Shown: positions 13,077 to 26,961 of the stretch, in pieces
Layout: each line of letters starts with the position of its first letter
Position numbering within the stretch: position 1 is the first letter of the stretch
From: Gonapodya sp. JEL0774
Lineage: Eukaryota
Assembly: GCA_027604505.1 (NCBI GenBank)
Contig: JADIIX010000073.1
Location: 1 to 64,000 of the forward strand
Direction: 5' to 3'
DNA length: 64,000 bases
The notes under the pieces: generated by a model
Told to the model about the DNA's origin: nothing
The model's database searches: none
The model's input: the letters and a program-made list of their open reading frames with translations, nothing else
Position numbers and translations under genes: made by a program

Positions 13077-13377
13077 CCCAACCCCCCCCCCCAACCCCCC
13101 CAACCCCAAACACCCCCCACACCCCGCGCTCTCTCTACTCAACGAACTTGAATCGCCACTGACCATGACATTCATAATGTCTCCTAGGTCGACGGTTGTC
13201 GCTTTCTGAGCTCCCCACGCACTGCCGTTGCTGGGGGGGGGGGGGGGGGGGCGGCGGCGCGGGGGGGGCGGGGGGCGCGGCGAGGGAGGGGGGGAGAGGA
13301 GGGCAGGGTCGNNNNNNNNNNGCTTTCTTAGCTCCCCCAACACTGACATTAAACCCCCCCCCCCCCCCCCCCCCCAC
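13077..13377. repeat. Poly-C/poly-G low-complexity tracts around a 10-N assembly gap
   Basis: Long C and G runs surround the N gap at 13312-13321. The sequence right after the gap is a degraded copy of 13201-13228. Confidence 0.85.
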
Positions 13378-13553
13378 TGTAAAGGAGATAGGACACAACG
13401 ATCTTTGGTTTCTACTTCAAGGCGGTATCGCCGCCCACTGGGTGGCCTAAGGAGCAGAGACTTCAGAAACCGTGCCTCTTTCGCCAACCGCACCAGAGCC
13501 GCACTCGCCAGTCATCAGCCGCACTTCCTTCTCTTCTCATCCACCAGTCGAAA

Positions 13554-14069
13554 ATGCCCCGCCTCTTCCTCACGTGTGGCCCCGCTGCCTCCGGCAAATC
13601 CACCCACGCACGCCAGCTCGAGAGCGAGCAGGGGTTCCTCCGTCTCTCCATTGACCTTGAGCTCTGGAACCTCGGCTACAGGACCTTCCCTACCCCCGAC
13701 GACGTCCGCGAGCGCATCAAGCTAAGCCACAGGACGATGGCCTATGAGGCCCTGAGCGTGGGGAGGGACGTCGTGGTCGAGCACGCCTTCTTCCGCAGGG
13801 CCGACAGGGACGCCTTCCGCGAAGTCGGCCGACGCGCGGGCGCCAAGGTGACGGTCGTGGCCTTCCGCGTGGCCCCCGAGGAGCTAGCGAGGAGGCTGGA
13901 GGCTCGGCGGGGCGAGCACGCTGACGACGCGAAGGTGGACCGCGCGACCCTCGAGCGGTTTCTCGCCGGGTTCGAATGGCCTGGGGAGGACGAGGCGGAC
14001 GTGGAGTGGATGCGGTGGGACAGCCGCGCGTCAGTGAGATTGGTGGGCAGTGAGTCGGTCTGCAAATGA
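13554..14069 (+). CDS. AAA_33-family P-loop kinase / ATP-binding protein (intronless, GC-rich)
   Basis: Walker A GPAASGKST follows a hydrophobic strand. LSID, GRDVVVEHAF, R..R and ELARRLEARR lid motifs and a FE.P...E terminal motif are present. Confidence 0.85.
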   Translation: MPRLFLTCGPAASGKSTHARQLESEQGFLRLSIDLELWNLGYRTFPTPDDVRERIKLSHRTMAYEALSVGRDVVVEHAFFRRADRDAFREVGRRAGAKVTVVAFRVAPEELARRLEARRGEHADDAKVDRATLERFLAGFEWPGEDEADVEWMRWDSRASVRLVGSESVCK

Positions 14070-15113
14070 GGCCGACCGGCAGCAACGACAAGAATCGCCG
14101 CATCTAACTGTAGCAAAACTACTTGTAAGGCAATGCTTTGGGTGGGAGCTCAGAGGAATCAATGGGTAGGGCGAGGTTGTGGCTCTCGTCAACCGAAATT
14201 CCACTCAGACCGCCGGATTTCGCCCCGACTCCGCTCTTGTAAGATATTTCTTCACTTATCTCTACGTTGAGACCACTATAACCTCCTTCTTCCATGTTTT
14301 GCGACGAATGAAACTCCCCCGTTACAAATGAAAGCCCGAACACCCTTTAAGGACCGAGACATCGCTACATCAAAGAGTGAGCGCTTGCTTTGCTCTCGCC
14401 CCTTTCAGTTTTCGCAGTGTCATCACGTTCTGTGCCAGGACTCTCCAGTTCCTCGTCCAGAAGCGACCGACATACCATGCGTGGCTGAGCTTCGCTCGCT
14501 GGCAAAATGGATACCAAAGCGTTCAATGAAGATATGTTCTGCGTCCGTTAGTAGCTTACACGTGTCCGCGCAACATACTTGTGCACGTTTAAGTAAACAT
14601 GCCGAGCAATTACAACCGAGGGACATCCACCGTGCCGTCGCCAACGAAACTTCATTTCGCCGGAAGGAGCGCGGAACTAAATCGATTGTATTATATAAAT
14701 TAGATATATTTGCTTTTGTTTAAAGTTGTGGGGAAGTGTTTCCAATTAATGTGAAAGCTTTTGTTATATATCGATATGGACCCTTTTACGTAAAGCCATT
14801 TCTTGCCCAAAATGTCACACCATTTTTTGGAGGTGACACTACACCTGAGGAAAGTTGTAAAGAAGAGTGTCCAAGCGCACAGTCGACTGCCGTGCGAGTG
14901 GTTGATTGCATCAGATGAACGCCCGCAACAGTTGCACGGCCCAACCAAAAGCCGACTTCCGTTCACGCTTCTTGTCCTCGCTCAACTCAATATCCCGTTG
15001 CATTTTTCTTTCAGATTGTTGGAGTTTGAATCGACTTGCTTTGCCGTCGGGATCTTCCTCCATTAGAACTCGCACACCCCTTGTCCGTAACTATTTATCC
15101 AATCCATCAAGAA

Positions 15114-17095
15114 ATGCTCCTAGCAACTTCGCGTCGCGCTCTATCTCGCTTGCCTATATCCCTTCACGTTGTCCGTGACTCGCCATCCCAACCTTCTTGT
15201 GTGCGAATCGCTCGCTGCACCTACGCATCGTCAGGATCTCCGCCGCCGGCAGAAGGATACATGCAAGGAGTTGGTGAAAGCGCATTTATTCTTGACACCC
15301 CAGCGAGAGCGCTAGCACAGTCGGATATTTCCGGCGCTCTTATGGTGGGTTCTCGAACAAGTGAGTCCCATACATCCACCACAATCAGTTCTCTTGGTGA
15401 GCATAAAGGTTCTGATACCTGTATCACCTTGTTCTTGTTTGGCCTCCATGCTGTACGTCCCGTTACCTTCAATGATTCGATAGCACCTCCGGAGACAAAG
15501 CGAATGAATCTGTGCCAGGCTGTGAACGATGCACTGTCCACCGCTCTCGCTACGGACGAGACGGCATGTGTATTTGGAGAGGATGTGGCTTTCGGAGGTG
15601 TTTTCAGGGCGACTGTCGGACTTGCTGACAAGTATGGTGGGTTCTGCCAAGTTCGCCGTCAGATTTCGCAAATCACTCGCATTCTACCGAATATTCGGAA
15701 ATTGAACGCGACGTTTTCGTATGACACCTATTCGCGGGCGTGTTTAATGTGATTAGGGCAACTGAATGCTGAACTTTTTCTTGACTCCAATACGAAAGGC
15801 CGGGATCGCGTATTCAATACACCGCTTTGCGAGCAAGGTCTGGTTGGCTTTGCGATCGGTATGGCTGCCGTCGGCTCTACGGCAATTGCTGAAATTCAAT
15901 TCGCAGACTACGTGTTCCCCGCCTATGACCAGGTGTGTTTTCAAGCCTTTAGCAATAGGCTAGCCATGTATCCACAGTCACGTGACCTTTATTTTCGTTT
16001 ACATCAACCAAGATCGTCAACGAGGCTGCCAAATACCGATACCGCTCCGGGAATTCGTTCAACGTGGGCGGTCTCACGATCCGCATGCCCTGTTCCGCCG
16101 TGGGACATGGGGGCTTATACCACTCCCAGAGCCCAGAGGCGAACTTCCTGCAGGCTAGCGGAATCAAAGTGTGTGGCTGAAATTTGTGCTAAGAGACGGG
16201 ATTATTGTACCTCACGGCGACCTCGATTCCATCCCCAAGATCGTCACCCCACGCTCCCCTATACAAGCCAAAGGGCTACTCCTTGCCGCCATCCGTGATC
16301 CAAACCCTGTCTTGTTTATGGAGCCTAAAATCTTGTATCGAGCTGCCGTGGAGCAGGTGCCGGTTGAAGACTACGAAATGTCTCTTGGCAAAGCGGAGGT
16401 TCTGAAGGAAGGTGCGACATATTTTCGTCTGCTTTGAAGGCGCCAACTGTGAGATTAGTCTGACTGATATTCGCTCATACCTTTTTGCAGGCAAGGATAT
16501 CACGCTTGTTGGATACGGTTCACAAATTTACGTTCTGGAATCGGCTGCAAGGATGGCGGAGGCAGCCATACCAGGTCTTTCCGTTGAGATTATTGACCTT
16601 CGTACTATTGTGCCGTGGGACGAAGAAACAGTGATACAGGTGTGTGTGTGAGCGCGCTCTCTAGTGTTTATTTGTGGGACGCTGAACCCATTTGCTTCTC
16701 GGTTCTCCTAATCCCTGTCGTCTACATACAGTCTGTCAACAAAACAGGACGATTATTAGTTTCCCACGAGGCGCCACTTACTGGTGGCGTAGCCGCAGAG
16801 GTGGCATCTACCGTGCAGGAAAAGTGCTTCCTGCGTCTTGAGGCTCCTGTTGCGCGAGTTTGTGGATACGATACCCCATTTCCGTTGGTGAGTCAATGTA
16901 CCGACTCCTCGTACTGAGCGCTGACGCGTATCTTGAAGCTGACTCTCTCGTGCTTTACCCCTCCTCTTCCTCATCCCCATCCACGGCCGTATTTCTCGGT
17001 CGTCGCGCACGTACCACGTCAAGGCATTTGAGAAACTCTACCTCCCCGGCGCCGTGCGTGTTCTCGACAAAATTAAACAGCTCATGTCATATTGA
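15114..17095 (+). CDS. BCKDHB: Branched-chain alpha-keto acid dehydrogenase E1 beta subunit, mitochondrial
   Basis: Motifs [90 protein letters not shown] and [10 protein letters not shown] are present, with an Arg/Ser-rich presequence. Confidence 0.96.
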
Positions 17096-17477
17096 AACTG
17101 GCAATATGGGGCCGTAAGCCCTACCGATTCTAATAAAATTTATGATGTATTTTTCATGACGTTTCGGAGAGCTGAGTGTGGAACTCACGGCGTCGGCACG
17201 ATAGGTTTTCCCGCGGCCTCCTCAGCGTGACCTGCATATTGCGTACTTGTGACTGGACATCAACTTGTGCATCGATAGGTCCGTTGAAGCGCGGCGCTCC
17301 TTCGTTCAGGCGACATTTGGCTGCGCTATATTCCTCAACTGCCCCAAATACTAATCGGGAAGTGAACGCCCGTTGTGCGCACTCGTCGCTGTACGCACTC
17401 GTCACCCTTGTCTCGACTCGCTGCCTCGGAGGCTTGATTCCATCTCGTTTGAATCGGTACACCGCCAGCATCCACCA

Positions 17478-19027
17478 ATGGATTCTGCACTTTCTCGTTC
17501 CCCATCGTCTCCTCGCCTCGATTTGGACCCACCATTGAACCCACCTCGGCCGGGCTCTCCTTGTGATCATGAACACTCATCGTCTCAGAGACACGATCTT
17601 TCAAGGTCTTCGTCCAAACGCGAAAGGCTCGCTGGATATCTTTCTGTGTCCGGTCGACATTCGTTCATCACAAAGTCGACAGAACAGGGTGGAGTCGGTG
17701 GTCATCTCCTACTCAAATCCCACCTTGTTGCTGGTACTCCCACCGTGAAACCTTCCGTTGGCGCGGTTATTGCTGAGGCCACGTCCATTCCGAACAAAGT
17801 GTGGGGCTTGCTCGTAAATGTTGATTATAAGGCAGTCGGTTCGCGATTCGCGAAATTGTGCTTCTACCTGTGTGGAATGGGAGTATTCCTACACGGTTGG
17901 GGCGAGTTAGATCACTCTGAGACTGTGCTCTCGGATGTGTATGATGTCTATGTGAGTTTCTGTAATGGTACGCCTTACCTGAACTTTCTCCTAATGGTTT
18001 GAGCCGACCAGGCCTACGCTCGTTTCGTCTTTGGCAGCAAGTTCCAATTCTTAACCATCATTGCATGTTGGTTCAAATGACGTGCTGTACATACCTTGGT
18101 CGTTTAATTGAACGCCAGTTCGCTCAATCACTTCCAGACACTCTTTTCTTCGCGGTTGAAGTTCTTGGAGTATGGGAAGTGGTTACGAACCGTCCACACA
18201 ATGGTGAGTCAATTCGCAACCCGGAATTTCTTAACGGCCTGGACTTCTTGTCTTGATGTTCAATTTTCTAGTTTCCAAAGCTGCATTTGTTGCCCTGTCC
18301 CTTCCCGTGGAGACAGTGGTGACTGTGGTTTATTGGTCTCTATACTTATACGACGTGAATCTGATAGTCCCTGCAGACGCGGAGAAGTGTGTATTGGTGC
18401 CTTATTCAATATTTCAAGAGACCGCCATCCCAACGAGGTTTTGATCCACGTGAGCAGGGCTGACCTTTTCACTGATCTTTGCTACCATTTGTTTCCCGCT
18501 CTCTGGCTTTGGGTGGACCTTTTGGCCTTTTCAGATAGACGCGAGAGGTCAGTTTGGATCTCCGGTCGTTTGGCATCCTCAAGTATGTTAACACGTTGCT
18601 CTCTTCTGAAATGGACTGTAACGGGTTGGTAGGAGTGTTGCTTGGCATATGTTCACCGTTTTCGGACTTGCGTACTACGTTTGGGTGCATTTGTGCTTCC
18701 ACGTTAACAAGCGCTGGGTACATAGTTTGTCACTATACCCTGAACGTTGGCGCTCCTTTTTGACCAACTTTTCTGTTTTAGCCATATCCTTTTCTTGACC
18801 TCATGAACACGTGGCAACGCGGTCTCCTTTTCGCTGTGATAATTGGTGTCGGAGTTTTTTTCAATGCTGCTGGTTAGTTTACGTTGCCTGAAACCCTCTC
18901 AACTTATCTGCTTACCTATTCTCGATGCTTTAAAGCTTCAACCGTCCACAACCTTATCCATTGCGCAGAGCTTGTGGCATCTGCAACCCACATGACCCAC
19001 GGAATTGCGTCAACGAAGAAACATTGA
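17478..19027 (+). CDS. FAR-17a/AIG1/ADTRP-family membrane protein (putative Thr hydrolase)
   Basis: Exons read FGSKFQFLTI, ALSLPVETVVTVVYWSLYLYD..LI, DLCYHLFPALWLWVDL and YPFLDLM. The family Thr (FLT) and His (CYH) are retained. Confidence 0.82.
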
Positions 19028-19189
19028 GGATTCATAGACTTCACAGACATTTCACACGCACTTGAACTCACTGATACATTTAGAAATTTCCGATTTTCTC
19101 CATTGTTGAAAATATTTGGTACGAATGTTACATCCCGGTGAAACTGCAGCCGATCCCGATCCCTCAAAATTTCAAATACGTACATAATC

Positions 19190-21144
19190 ATGTCCGTCGT
19201 CCCGATTGACGGCTACGTGTCAGCAGAGTTTGCAAAGGTAATGTAATGAAGCAACCTCGTCACAGGTAATTCGTAATCCTTGATTCCGGATCCAATCGTT
19301 CGAATTCTCATTCGACACGGGAAAGGTTCGAGAAGCATTCGTTGACAACTTCACAAGGGGGGACGAACTCGGAGCAGGATTTGTTGTTTACTGTACGTAA
19401 ACCTTTTCTCTTCGGAATGTCGGAGTGACTGAAGTCTCCATATCCTCAAAATCCACAGACAAGAATCGATTGGTAGTCGACCTCCATGGCGGATACCAAG
19501 ACACCACCAAAACTTCTCGTTACACAGGCACTTCAGTGAATGTAGTACACTCGTCTGGCAAGGCCATCATGTCCATGGTTGTCTGTAATTTTATATCGAA
19601 GGGCTACTTCACTTGGGAGACGAAAGTCGCTGATCTTTGGCCCGAATTTGCGGTGGTAAGCATGTCTTAAGTACAAATAATGTGCAGTGGAAGCGGATCA
19701 ACCGGCACATTCACCACCCTTCAATAGGGAAACAAAGGCAACGTCACGGTCAAAGAACTCCTCGAACATCAGGGTGGGGTGGGCTATCTGGAGGGAGATT
19801 CCGTGCCAACGGCCGAAGACACATGGCCGGAGAACCTGGACAGGCTTGAGCAAAAGATCGCCAGGCAACCCCATAATTGTGAGTCAAGCTGACCCATAGT
19901 GGTGAATTCTGCACGACTTAATCGTTCTCCTTAAGATGGTGGAAAGACAACAAAATCGTATCACGCAATAACAAGGTACCTCAAAATCCTCTCGAAATTG
20001 ATTTTGATGTTTGCTGAAAGAAAGTCGCTGTTGTACAGAGGCTGGTTCCTCAATGCTCTCATCCGCCGCTTTGGGGAGCACAAGAGCCACGGCCAACTTT
20101 TGCGAGAATGGATTAATCCAGGTCTAGGCATCGAAGTTTACTGCGGTCTGCCAGACGTCGTGTAGGTTTGATACCTCGCCTCCAAGGAGTGAAGCTCCAC
20201 TCCTCCCAAAGATCATTGTGTTCTCGAATGTCTCTTTTCTTTCAGATTCCCTCGAGTCGCTCCCATGATTGAGAGTCCTCTCCTAGCACGGGTGAACTCC
20301 GTTCCCACACCCGTTCCAGATTCTACTTCTCCAGCTTACCGAAGCTATCGCACTCTCGCCGGCAGCTTCAACGTGCAATTGCCCAAGGGAGTTGTACAGA
20401 GGGGTAATGTGCGGGAGGTTCTGAAAGGAGAGTCGCCAAGTGGCTATACGGTGACCAATGCCCGCGCGGTGAGATTACATTGCACTTTTTGCGAGCAGGA
20501 ACACAAGACTTACCGTTGGGTGTTCTTCCCTCCAATATCATGTTGTGGATTAGCTAGCAAAACTTGCTGCGGTAATGGCGAACAGAGGAAGTTTTGATGG
20601 ATTCACTCTCATGGACGAGGAGACATGGAAGAAAGCACACACGATAGAAAAGTTGAATTTGGATAAGCGAGGTGAGTTAAAAAATGAAGCCTCTCTCTCA
20701 TATTTTAGTGATCGGTAACTTTGAGCTCTTGTATTTTAAGACGACGCCATCGGCATCAAAATCCGGACGACGTGGGCGGGTTGGGCGGCGTCGAATCCTG
20801 GCCAAATTGTCCCGCAAGTGCCACTTGTGTACGACAACAATCTTGTACCAAAGATTTTTGTTCCCGAGAACGGTAAAGGTCAAGGCTGGGAGTGGGTTGG
20901 ATGGTTTGTGAGTGCATCTTGCCGTTTGGGCCATTGGTCTTCACTGGTGATATGGATGATACAACAACCACTTTACTAGGGTATGGGGGGTTCATGCATT
21001 CAGTGGTCTCCGGAGCACCACGTTGCGGTGGGATATGTTCCAAACCTGATGCATCCTGGTGTGATCGGAGATGTTCGGGGAGTGAATCTTCTGTCTGCTG
21101 TAGTTGGCTGTGTAAACTCCATAGAGAAAGGCGGAAAACTCTAG
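19190..21144 (+). CDS. Beta-lactamase-related serine hydrolase / esterase (multi-exon)
   Basis: Motifs V.EAF.DNF..GDELGA, VVDLHGG, an SxxK (HSSGK), KVADLWPEFA, YHAITR and GW.GYGGS are present. The protein ends ...SIEKGGKL*. Confidence 0.88.
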
Positions 21145-21355
21145 TACTCTAGTTCTTGCGCGGACACACATCCGTCACTGTTGGTGGCGCCGACCATTCT
21201 TTAGCATTATGGAACTAGACAAATCTTTGGTTCTTGAAAGACCTGCGTACAGAGCATGACACTTAGAAAATAAAGAGGTATGAATGTACCTTCTTACAGG
21301 GGACAGCTGTTGCATTCATGTTGGAAGGACTCGGGTGGGGAGCCAATAAGACGAA

Positions 21356-24084
21356 ATGGTGAACCCGTTTTTGCGCCCAGGGCCACCCCTCAGACAGATC
21401 AACCCCAAAAACAGGAGAGCAAGAAATATCACAATCACCGGCCCATTTGGCCATCTCCTTGTCGCTTTCCCCCACGTTGGAGGGCCTGACATTTGGGACA
21501 TACTCCATATTCTAAACGGTGTCTCCGATGCCTGTGACTACGGTTCAAAACGGAACGACCTCCCTGGGCGAGCTTGCGTTTGCGGCTTCAGAGGTGATTG
21601 ATCCTTTTGGCGTTGGCTTTGTAAACCAGGTCTAACCCGCAAATTGTTTCCAAACCTGATCTCACCGTTTGAAGGCTATCGGTGGTGTAACCCTACTGAC
21701 TATTGCCGGCTTTGTTCTGAGTCATAACAAAATACTTACAAAAGAACTTCTCAAGGTTTGTGTCTCTCATCGTGCTCCGGAACATTATGGTGACAATACG
21801 CTGACTGGGTTCGCAATCCCTTTGAATATTGCAGCCACTGGCGGAGCTCAATTTATACTTCTTCACACCATGTCTGCTCTTGTACGTATTCATTCGTTCA
21901 TCTGTGGTATTTCGTGTCGGTGATCCCTGATGGAATGCCCCCACCGGCCTCTCCCTAGCTCAAATATGGCCTCTAGTATCACAGCGGAATCGATCCTTGA
22001 ACTATGGCCACTTCCAGCGTTCCACATTTTGTTCATCGTAATAACTTGGCTCACCGCACAAATTGGTTCTTGGCTACTTGCCGTCCCGAAACAGACTCGG
22101 CCTTTTGTAGAGGGTAAGACTTCGTGGTGATAATGAGCACCGAACCACCCCACGATTGAACCTTCACACAGCCGGGATCATTTTTTCGAATACCAACAAT
22201 TGGCCTGTTGCACTTGTCATTGCGCTTTCGGGTGTCTCTCTGCTCCAGATGGGTCCTTCGGACAATGCTCAGGAAGTCCTACGGCGGTGCGTCTGATTTT
22301 GTAAGCTCCCCACTGCTTGGTTTCCCAATTTGGGCCTTCTAGTGGTTTAGGATACGTCTTCATGTACGCCCTCTTTGGAAACATCGTGAGATGGAGTTGG
22401 GGATACAACCTGCTTGCCAAAGGAAAGCGGATTGAGGAGGAGGTACTTGCGGAAACTCACAATCACCGCCGCCGAGAGAACTTCCGTCAGCCGAGCGTGT
22501 CCATAGATTCTTCACCCAATGGAGTCACCGCGATCTCTCAATCGCTGGTCTCTCAATCTTTTTTGACCTTGCCGGCTACGAGGCCAGCGCAGATTTCAAC
22601 TAAAGATGTTCCACCCTCCATCTTGCTGACGACGCCGACGCCGACAGTTGACTCAGTTCGTGGTGCTCTTGAGCAACCAGTTGCCGAACCCGGTGATGAG
22701 AACGAGTATCAATTTTCAGGCGTGGCTATGGCGGCTGACCTCCATGAAAGCCCTCATAAGCACCTAGTGAATTCGGAATCGTCCAACACGCTCAACGACC
22801 GAACCTTTTCTGTTAATATGGGTGACGACTTTACCTATCCACCGGCAGTCCCCAACGGTGTCACCCGACAACGCCGTCCTACATTTACGGGAAACAGTTT
22901 CGGGTGGACGCCGTCCTACTATAGCTCTGACTCAGACGCGGAGTCATCCCGAAGTGTTGAGACTCAGGATCCGGAGGAAGATGCAAATGGATCAAGTGGG
23001 ACCTTTAAAACGTTGCCCCGTTCCACGAAAGGAAAAGTTGGTGGTCACGTGAGAGAATCTGAGGATGTGTTGGATGTGGTGGAGGATGATAATGACTTTG
23101 AGACTGGGATTGGTGCCGAGCAACAGCCCCTCATGGGTGGGAGGTCCGGTGCATTTCGCCGTGCCCCAACAGCTGGGATGGAAGGAACGACTGGAGCTTC
23201 TCTCCGGGAGAGCCTTGCAACTTTTGCTATACAGCTGCGAGATTTTGGAGGCTTACTGCTTTCTACCGTCAAAGGATATGGGGAGCAGGTTTTCAATCCA
23301 CCCGTGTTTGCCGCATTGATTTCCATTATTGTGGGGGTCATTGCCCCTCTGAGGAACTCCCTTTATGGACCCGGTGCACCCCTTAAGCTGCTCATTGCGA
23401 AGCCAGTGAGTGTTAATCCGCGCCTGGCAAGTTGTTTCATCTGAACTCATGGACATAACTGACGCCACTGCACAGATTGAGTTATGTGGTAACGCCTCCG
23501 TCCCACTTACTCTTGTATCGCTCGGGGGGCAGTTGTACAAAATCTACGGTCGTGTCGCCGGTCCTCCAATGCTTCGTCGCGACTCCACCCCGAGGACACC
23601 AGAGCAGCTAGAGATCGAAAAGGCACGAAAAACGAACAGAGCAATTGTACTGATTCTCTCCGGTCGACTAGTTCTAATGCCGATCGTCTCCACCGCCCTG
23701 GTTCTTTTAACGCGGCGATGGCTTGATCTTGGCCTTTCGGATCCTATGTTCGTACTGACGCTGATGATTCTGGGAGGCGGTGCGTCCTTGTTCTATTTGG
23801 AACTCAAGTTGCTTGTTTTTAATGTCGCGCGATTGCACCGTTAGGTCCTACTGCAGTGAACTTGCTGCAAATTTGCCAAGTACATGGCTCCTACGAAAAC
23901 GAAATGGCATTGTTGCTTTTCTGGTCGTACCTTCTAGTTGTCCCGACTCAGATTGCGGTGAGTTAACTTCATTCCATTTGATAGAAATCACAATTGAGAT
24001 GACTTTTTGTTCAATTCTGTGTAGTGCGTGATGGGCCAGCTGTGGATCGTGGGGCAGCTGGATTATCCTGGAGCAAAGAGTTGA
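21356..24084 (+). CDS. Auxin-efflux-carrier (PILS / ECM3-like, Mem_trans) membrane transporter
   Basis: Motifs LNLYFFTPCLL, FSNTNNWPVALV, GNIVRWSWGYNLL, a long hydrophilic loop, FNPPVFAALISIIVG, GNASVPLTLVSLGGQL, RLVLMP, DPMF and PTAVNLLQICQ are present. The start codon is uncertain. Confidence 0.88.
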
Positions 24085-24817
24085 AAAACAAGAAAGTGAT
24101 GTTCATGATTGAGAATGTCGAGAAGAGATGGTAATCTGTAAATAGTCATAACGTGATCAGATTGGCGGGCACGCGCAACAAGTGCCATTGGATTTTGCAT
24201 GTATTTGCCAGTGTCAAATGTCAACTCTCCATCGCAAAGATTGCAACGGGAAAAATTAAGAATCGACAGGAGGGGCATGTTGAATCAAGCTTTTATTTGT
24301 GGTCTCATAGTGTGTTGCTCCGATCAGTCGATAAAGCAGTAAGGAAATAACAACCCGGGAGCTCACCGCCAGCACTTCGTCGTAACAATAAGAAAATAAC
24401 TTCACCGCACTTTGTCTTGAAAAGGTGGAATTAACTTCACGTTACCCCTCCCTTATCAAACTTTAAACGGCGATTCGCGAGCACAGTCCTGCGAGCAGCC
24501 GTCGCGTGACTTGTGACGGTGCAACGCAATGCTGTCAAGAATACGGCGAACGGCAGTTCCTCACGTTGCATTATACATTTGTTCTAACAACATTCATAGC
24601 CCGGTCTCCACACACTCTACATAGTAGTCTTACATGAAATCGGTCAAATGAAAAAGCGCAGCTGTCACCGTTCGGAATCCGAATTATGAGGGGTTAGTCA
24701 AGAAGGAAAACGCCCACTCGCCAGCCCTATCCAATCAAAGTGTTCAAATCGAAAGACCTCCCAGCATTATCATCAACAACCCAACCACCAAAAACTCCAC
24801 TTCATTGGACTTGCCCC

Positions 24818-26961
24818 TCAGTCATCATCTTCCCGGACGTCGCCCTCTACACCGCCGGCCCTGACACTCTCCACAATCATCTTGACAATTAAGAAGCTCC
24901 AAAAGGCATGAAGTACTTGAAGGATGATCAGGGATATGAACAGTAACAGCCACACATTGTTGCCGAAGCCGAGTTGGATCTGGCCGCTAATTTATCGAAA
25001 CAGGAATCACTAATTGAAGAAAGGGTCTCTCAGAACAGCTTATCAGCGTTTCTCACCCTGTAGTTATGGTATCATTCTTGATTTGCATTTGCCAGAGACT
25101 ATGAGCAAAATTTAAATCTCATTTGCCGCGTTTACTGACTTTTTTGAGCGCAAACGGAAATCACTCACAGTACTCCTCCCAGCACGTACTTGGGATAAAC
25201 GTACATACGCGAGACAATGAAGGTCACGGCAAAGCAAACAAATAGTACGTTCGCCGCCTTGTTATGTAGTAGAAAGTGTACCATGAATTTCGGACAGCAA
25301 CTCTTTCGACGTTTGAGTATACATACCAGTTGTGCACCCATATAGTTGGCTGCTTTAGCGAGCTCCATGAAGGGATCGGAAATGTCTGATGTTGGAAAAC
25401 TATTAGAGCTTTCCGATGGGCAGCACATGGTGCAAGAAAAAGTCCTCGTCCTCCGCCTCGAGATTTGTGTGATAGCGTTCCGCAATTCGCTTTCGCGTCA
25501 AATAGAACTTACCATGTAGAATCATAACGAATGACCCGATTCTGTGGAACCCATATGCCCAGCTTCCGCCAATCAGGAACAGGGTAACAAGATGGTGGAC
25601 GAACATCTCCCAAAAATCTTTAAGCTTCGGCTCCGTGAAATGGGAGTAGGTGGAGTACAGATAGTGGGCAGCTATGCAAGTATAGTATGCGCTGAGGGAA
25701 GTGCTGGGATTTTGACACAAAAATACAAGTCAACTTTCTTCCGTCATCTATGCCGCTGGAATTTCGTGATTCCTTTCCGTCTCAGCAATTGTCGTGTAAC
25801 TCACCCCATCGGGAAGATTTCCGCTGGCCACGCCCCGAACCACTGGTCAGTCTTCCAGAGCCATGGCTCGCCTTTCAGAGTTATCAAACCAAGGAGGCTT
25901 AAAGGCCACACCGAGAGGAAGAGGCAGAACGCAGGGAGGACCACGGATTATTCGTGAGTTAAATCGCCTGTGCCCGGTCTATAAAGAGAGTCACTAAATA
26001 TTACTTACGCCATGCTCCCGTAGGTTGTAAATCTCCACAATGACACGGCGAACTTGTGTCGATTGTCCTTGAGCACTATATCATACTCGCCTGCGTCATC
26101 AGTCATCAATTTCGGGCCTAGGGCCTGCTCGGGAGTCTGCTTGGCCATGATCGGTGCAGGCGCAATGATTGGCACCTCCCCGGATTCGGACTTGCCGGCA
26201 TTGGGATTGGCACGCAACCGTAAGCCAGTCGTAACATCTACTGCTGAATCAGGGCGGCTTGCAAGTGAGGGTGGAACGGTCGCGGGTGGAACATCTGGGT
26301 CCGGTGTTGCAGGTCGCTTTCGGCGGACCTTTGTGGGGGTTGGCGGGCAGGCGTAGTTGGCAATGGGCTGAGTTGAGAAGTTTTGGATAAAGATGGCGGA
26401 GGATATAAGTGGATGAGTGTAACAGATGAGTGATATCACGAGAGAATGGTTGAGCTGGGTGATATCTTCACATTCCGGTCCGTTTCAATCCTTGTTCACG
26501 TGCGATGTCAAGAAGTGTCAGATGGATTGATTTTACTCTGGCGTCAGCGTCGCGCATCATTGTCGTGGATGCTCCTGTCTCTCACGGCTTGAACAAATGT
26601 ACAGGCTCGAATGCCTGGTTGCACGTTGGGGCAATCCTCCACAGTCAGAATCCAACAGACACGCCGTAGTTTAAGACGTGTAGGAGTGCCATTCGTATGA
26701 TACCGTTATGAGTTCATTGTTCGGTGTTCCTTTCCCACGCCAACGAAGATCGCATTGTCCTGCCTCGCCAACATCCTTCCAGACGCGCGATTCAACACTG
26801 CTCACCATGAAAAGAAATTTTCTTAAAAAGATGTTCGCGAAGCCGAATCCAAAAGTTAAAAGAATCAGGCGAATGAAGTCTTCTGGAAAGTTGAACTCAG
26901 GATTTGTCCACGGGAAACCTCGCGGGTGGAGTGCAGGGGAAAACTTCTGGTTGGTGGACAT
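24818..26961 (-). CDS. LAG1: Ceramide synthase (LAG1/LAC1, TLC domain)
   Basis: The Lag1 motif KLKDFWEMFVHHLVTLFLI...LH-DISDPFMELAK is present, plus KFAVSLWRF and C-terminal LQVLHAFW...GDVREDDD*. Confidence 0.92.

Noticed and set aside
12750..13725. Pro/Gly-rich ORFs and G-quadruplex-like tracts
   Set aside because: They derive from homopolymer runs around an N gap with duplicated low-quality sequence, so they are likely artefactual.
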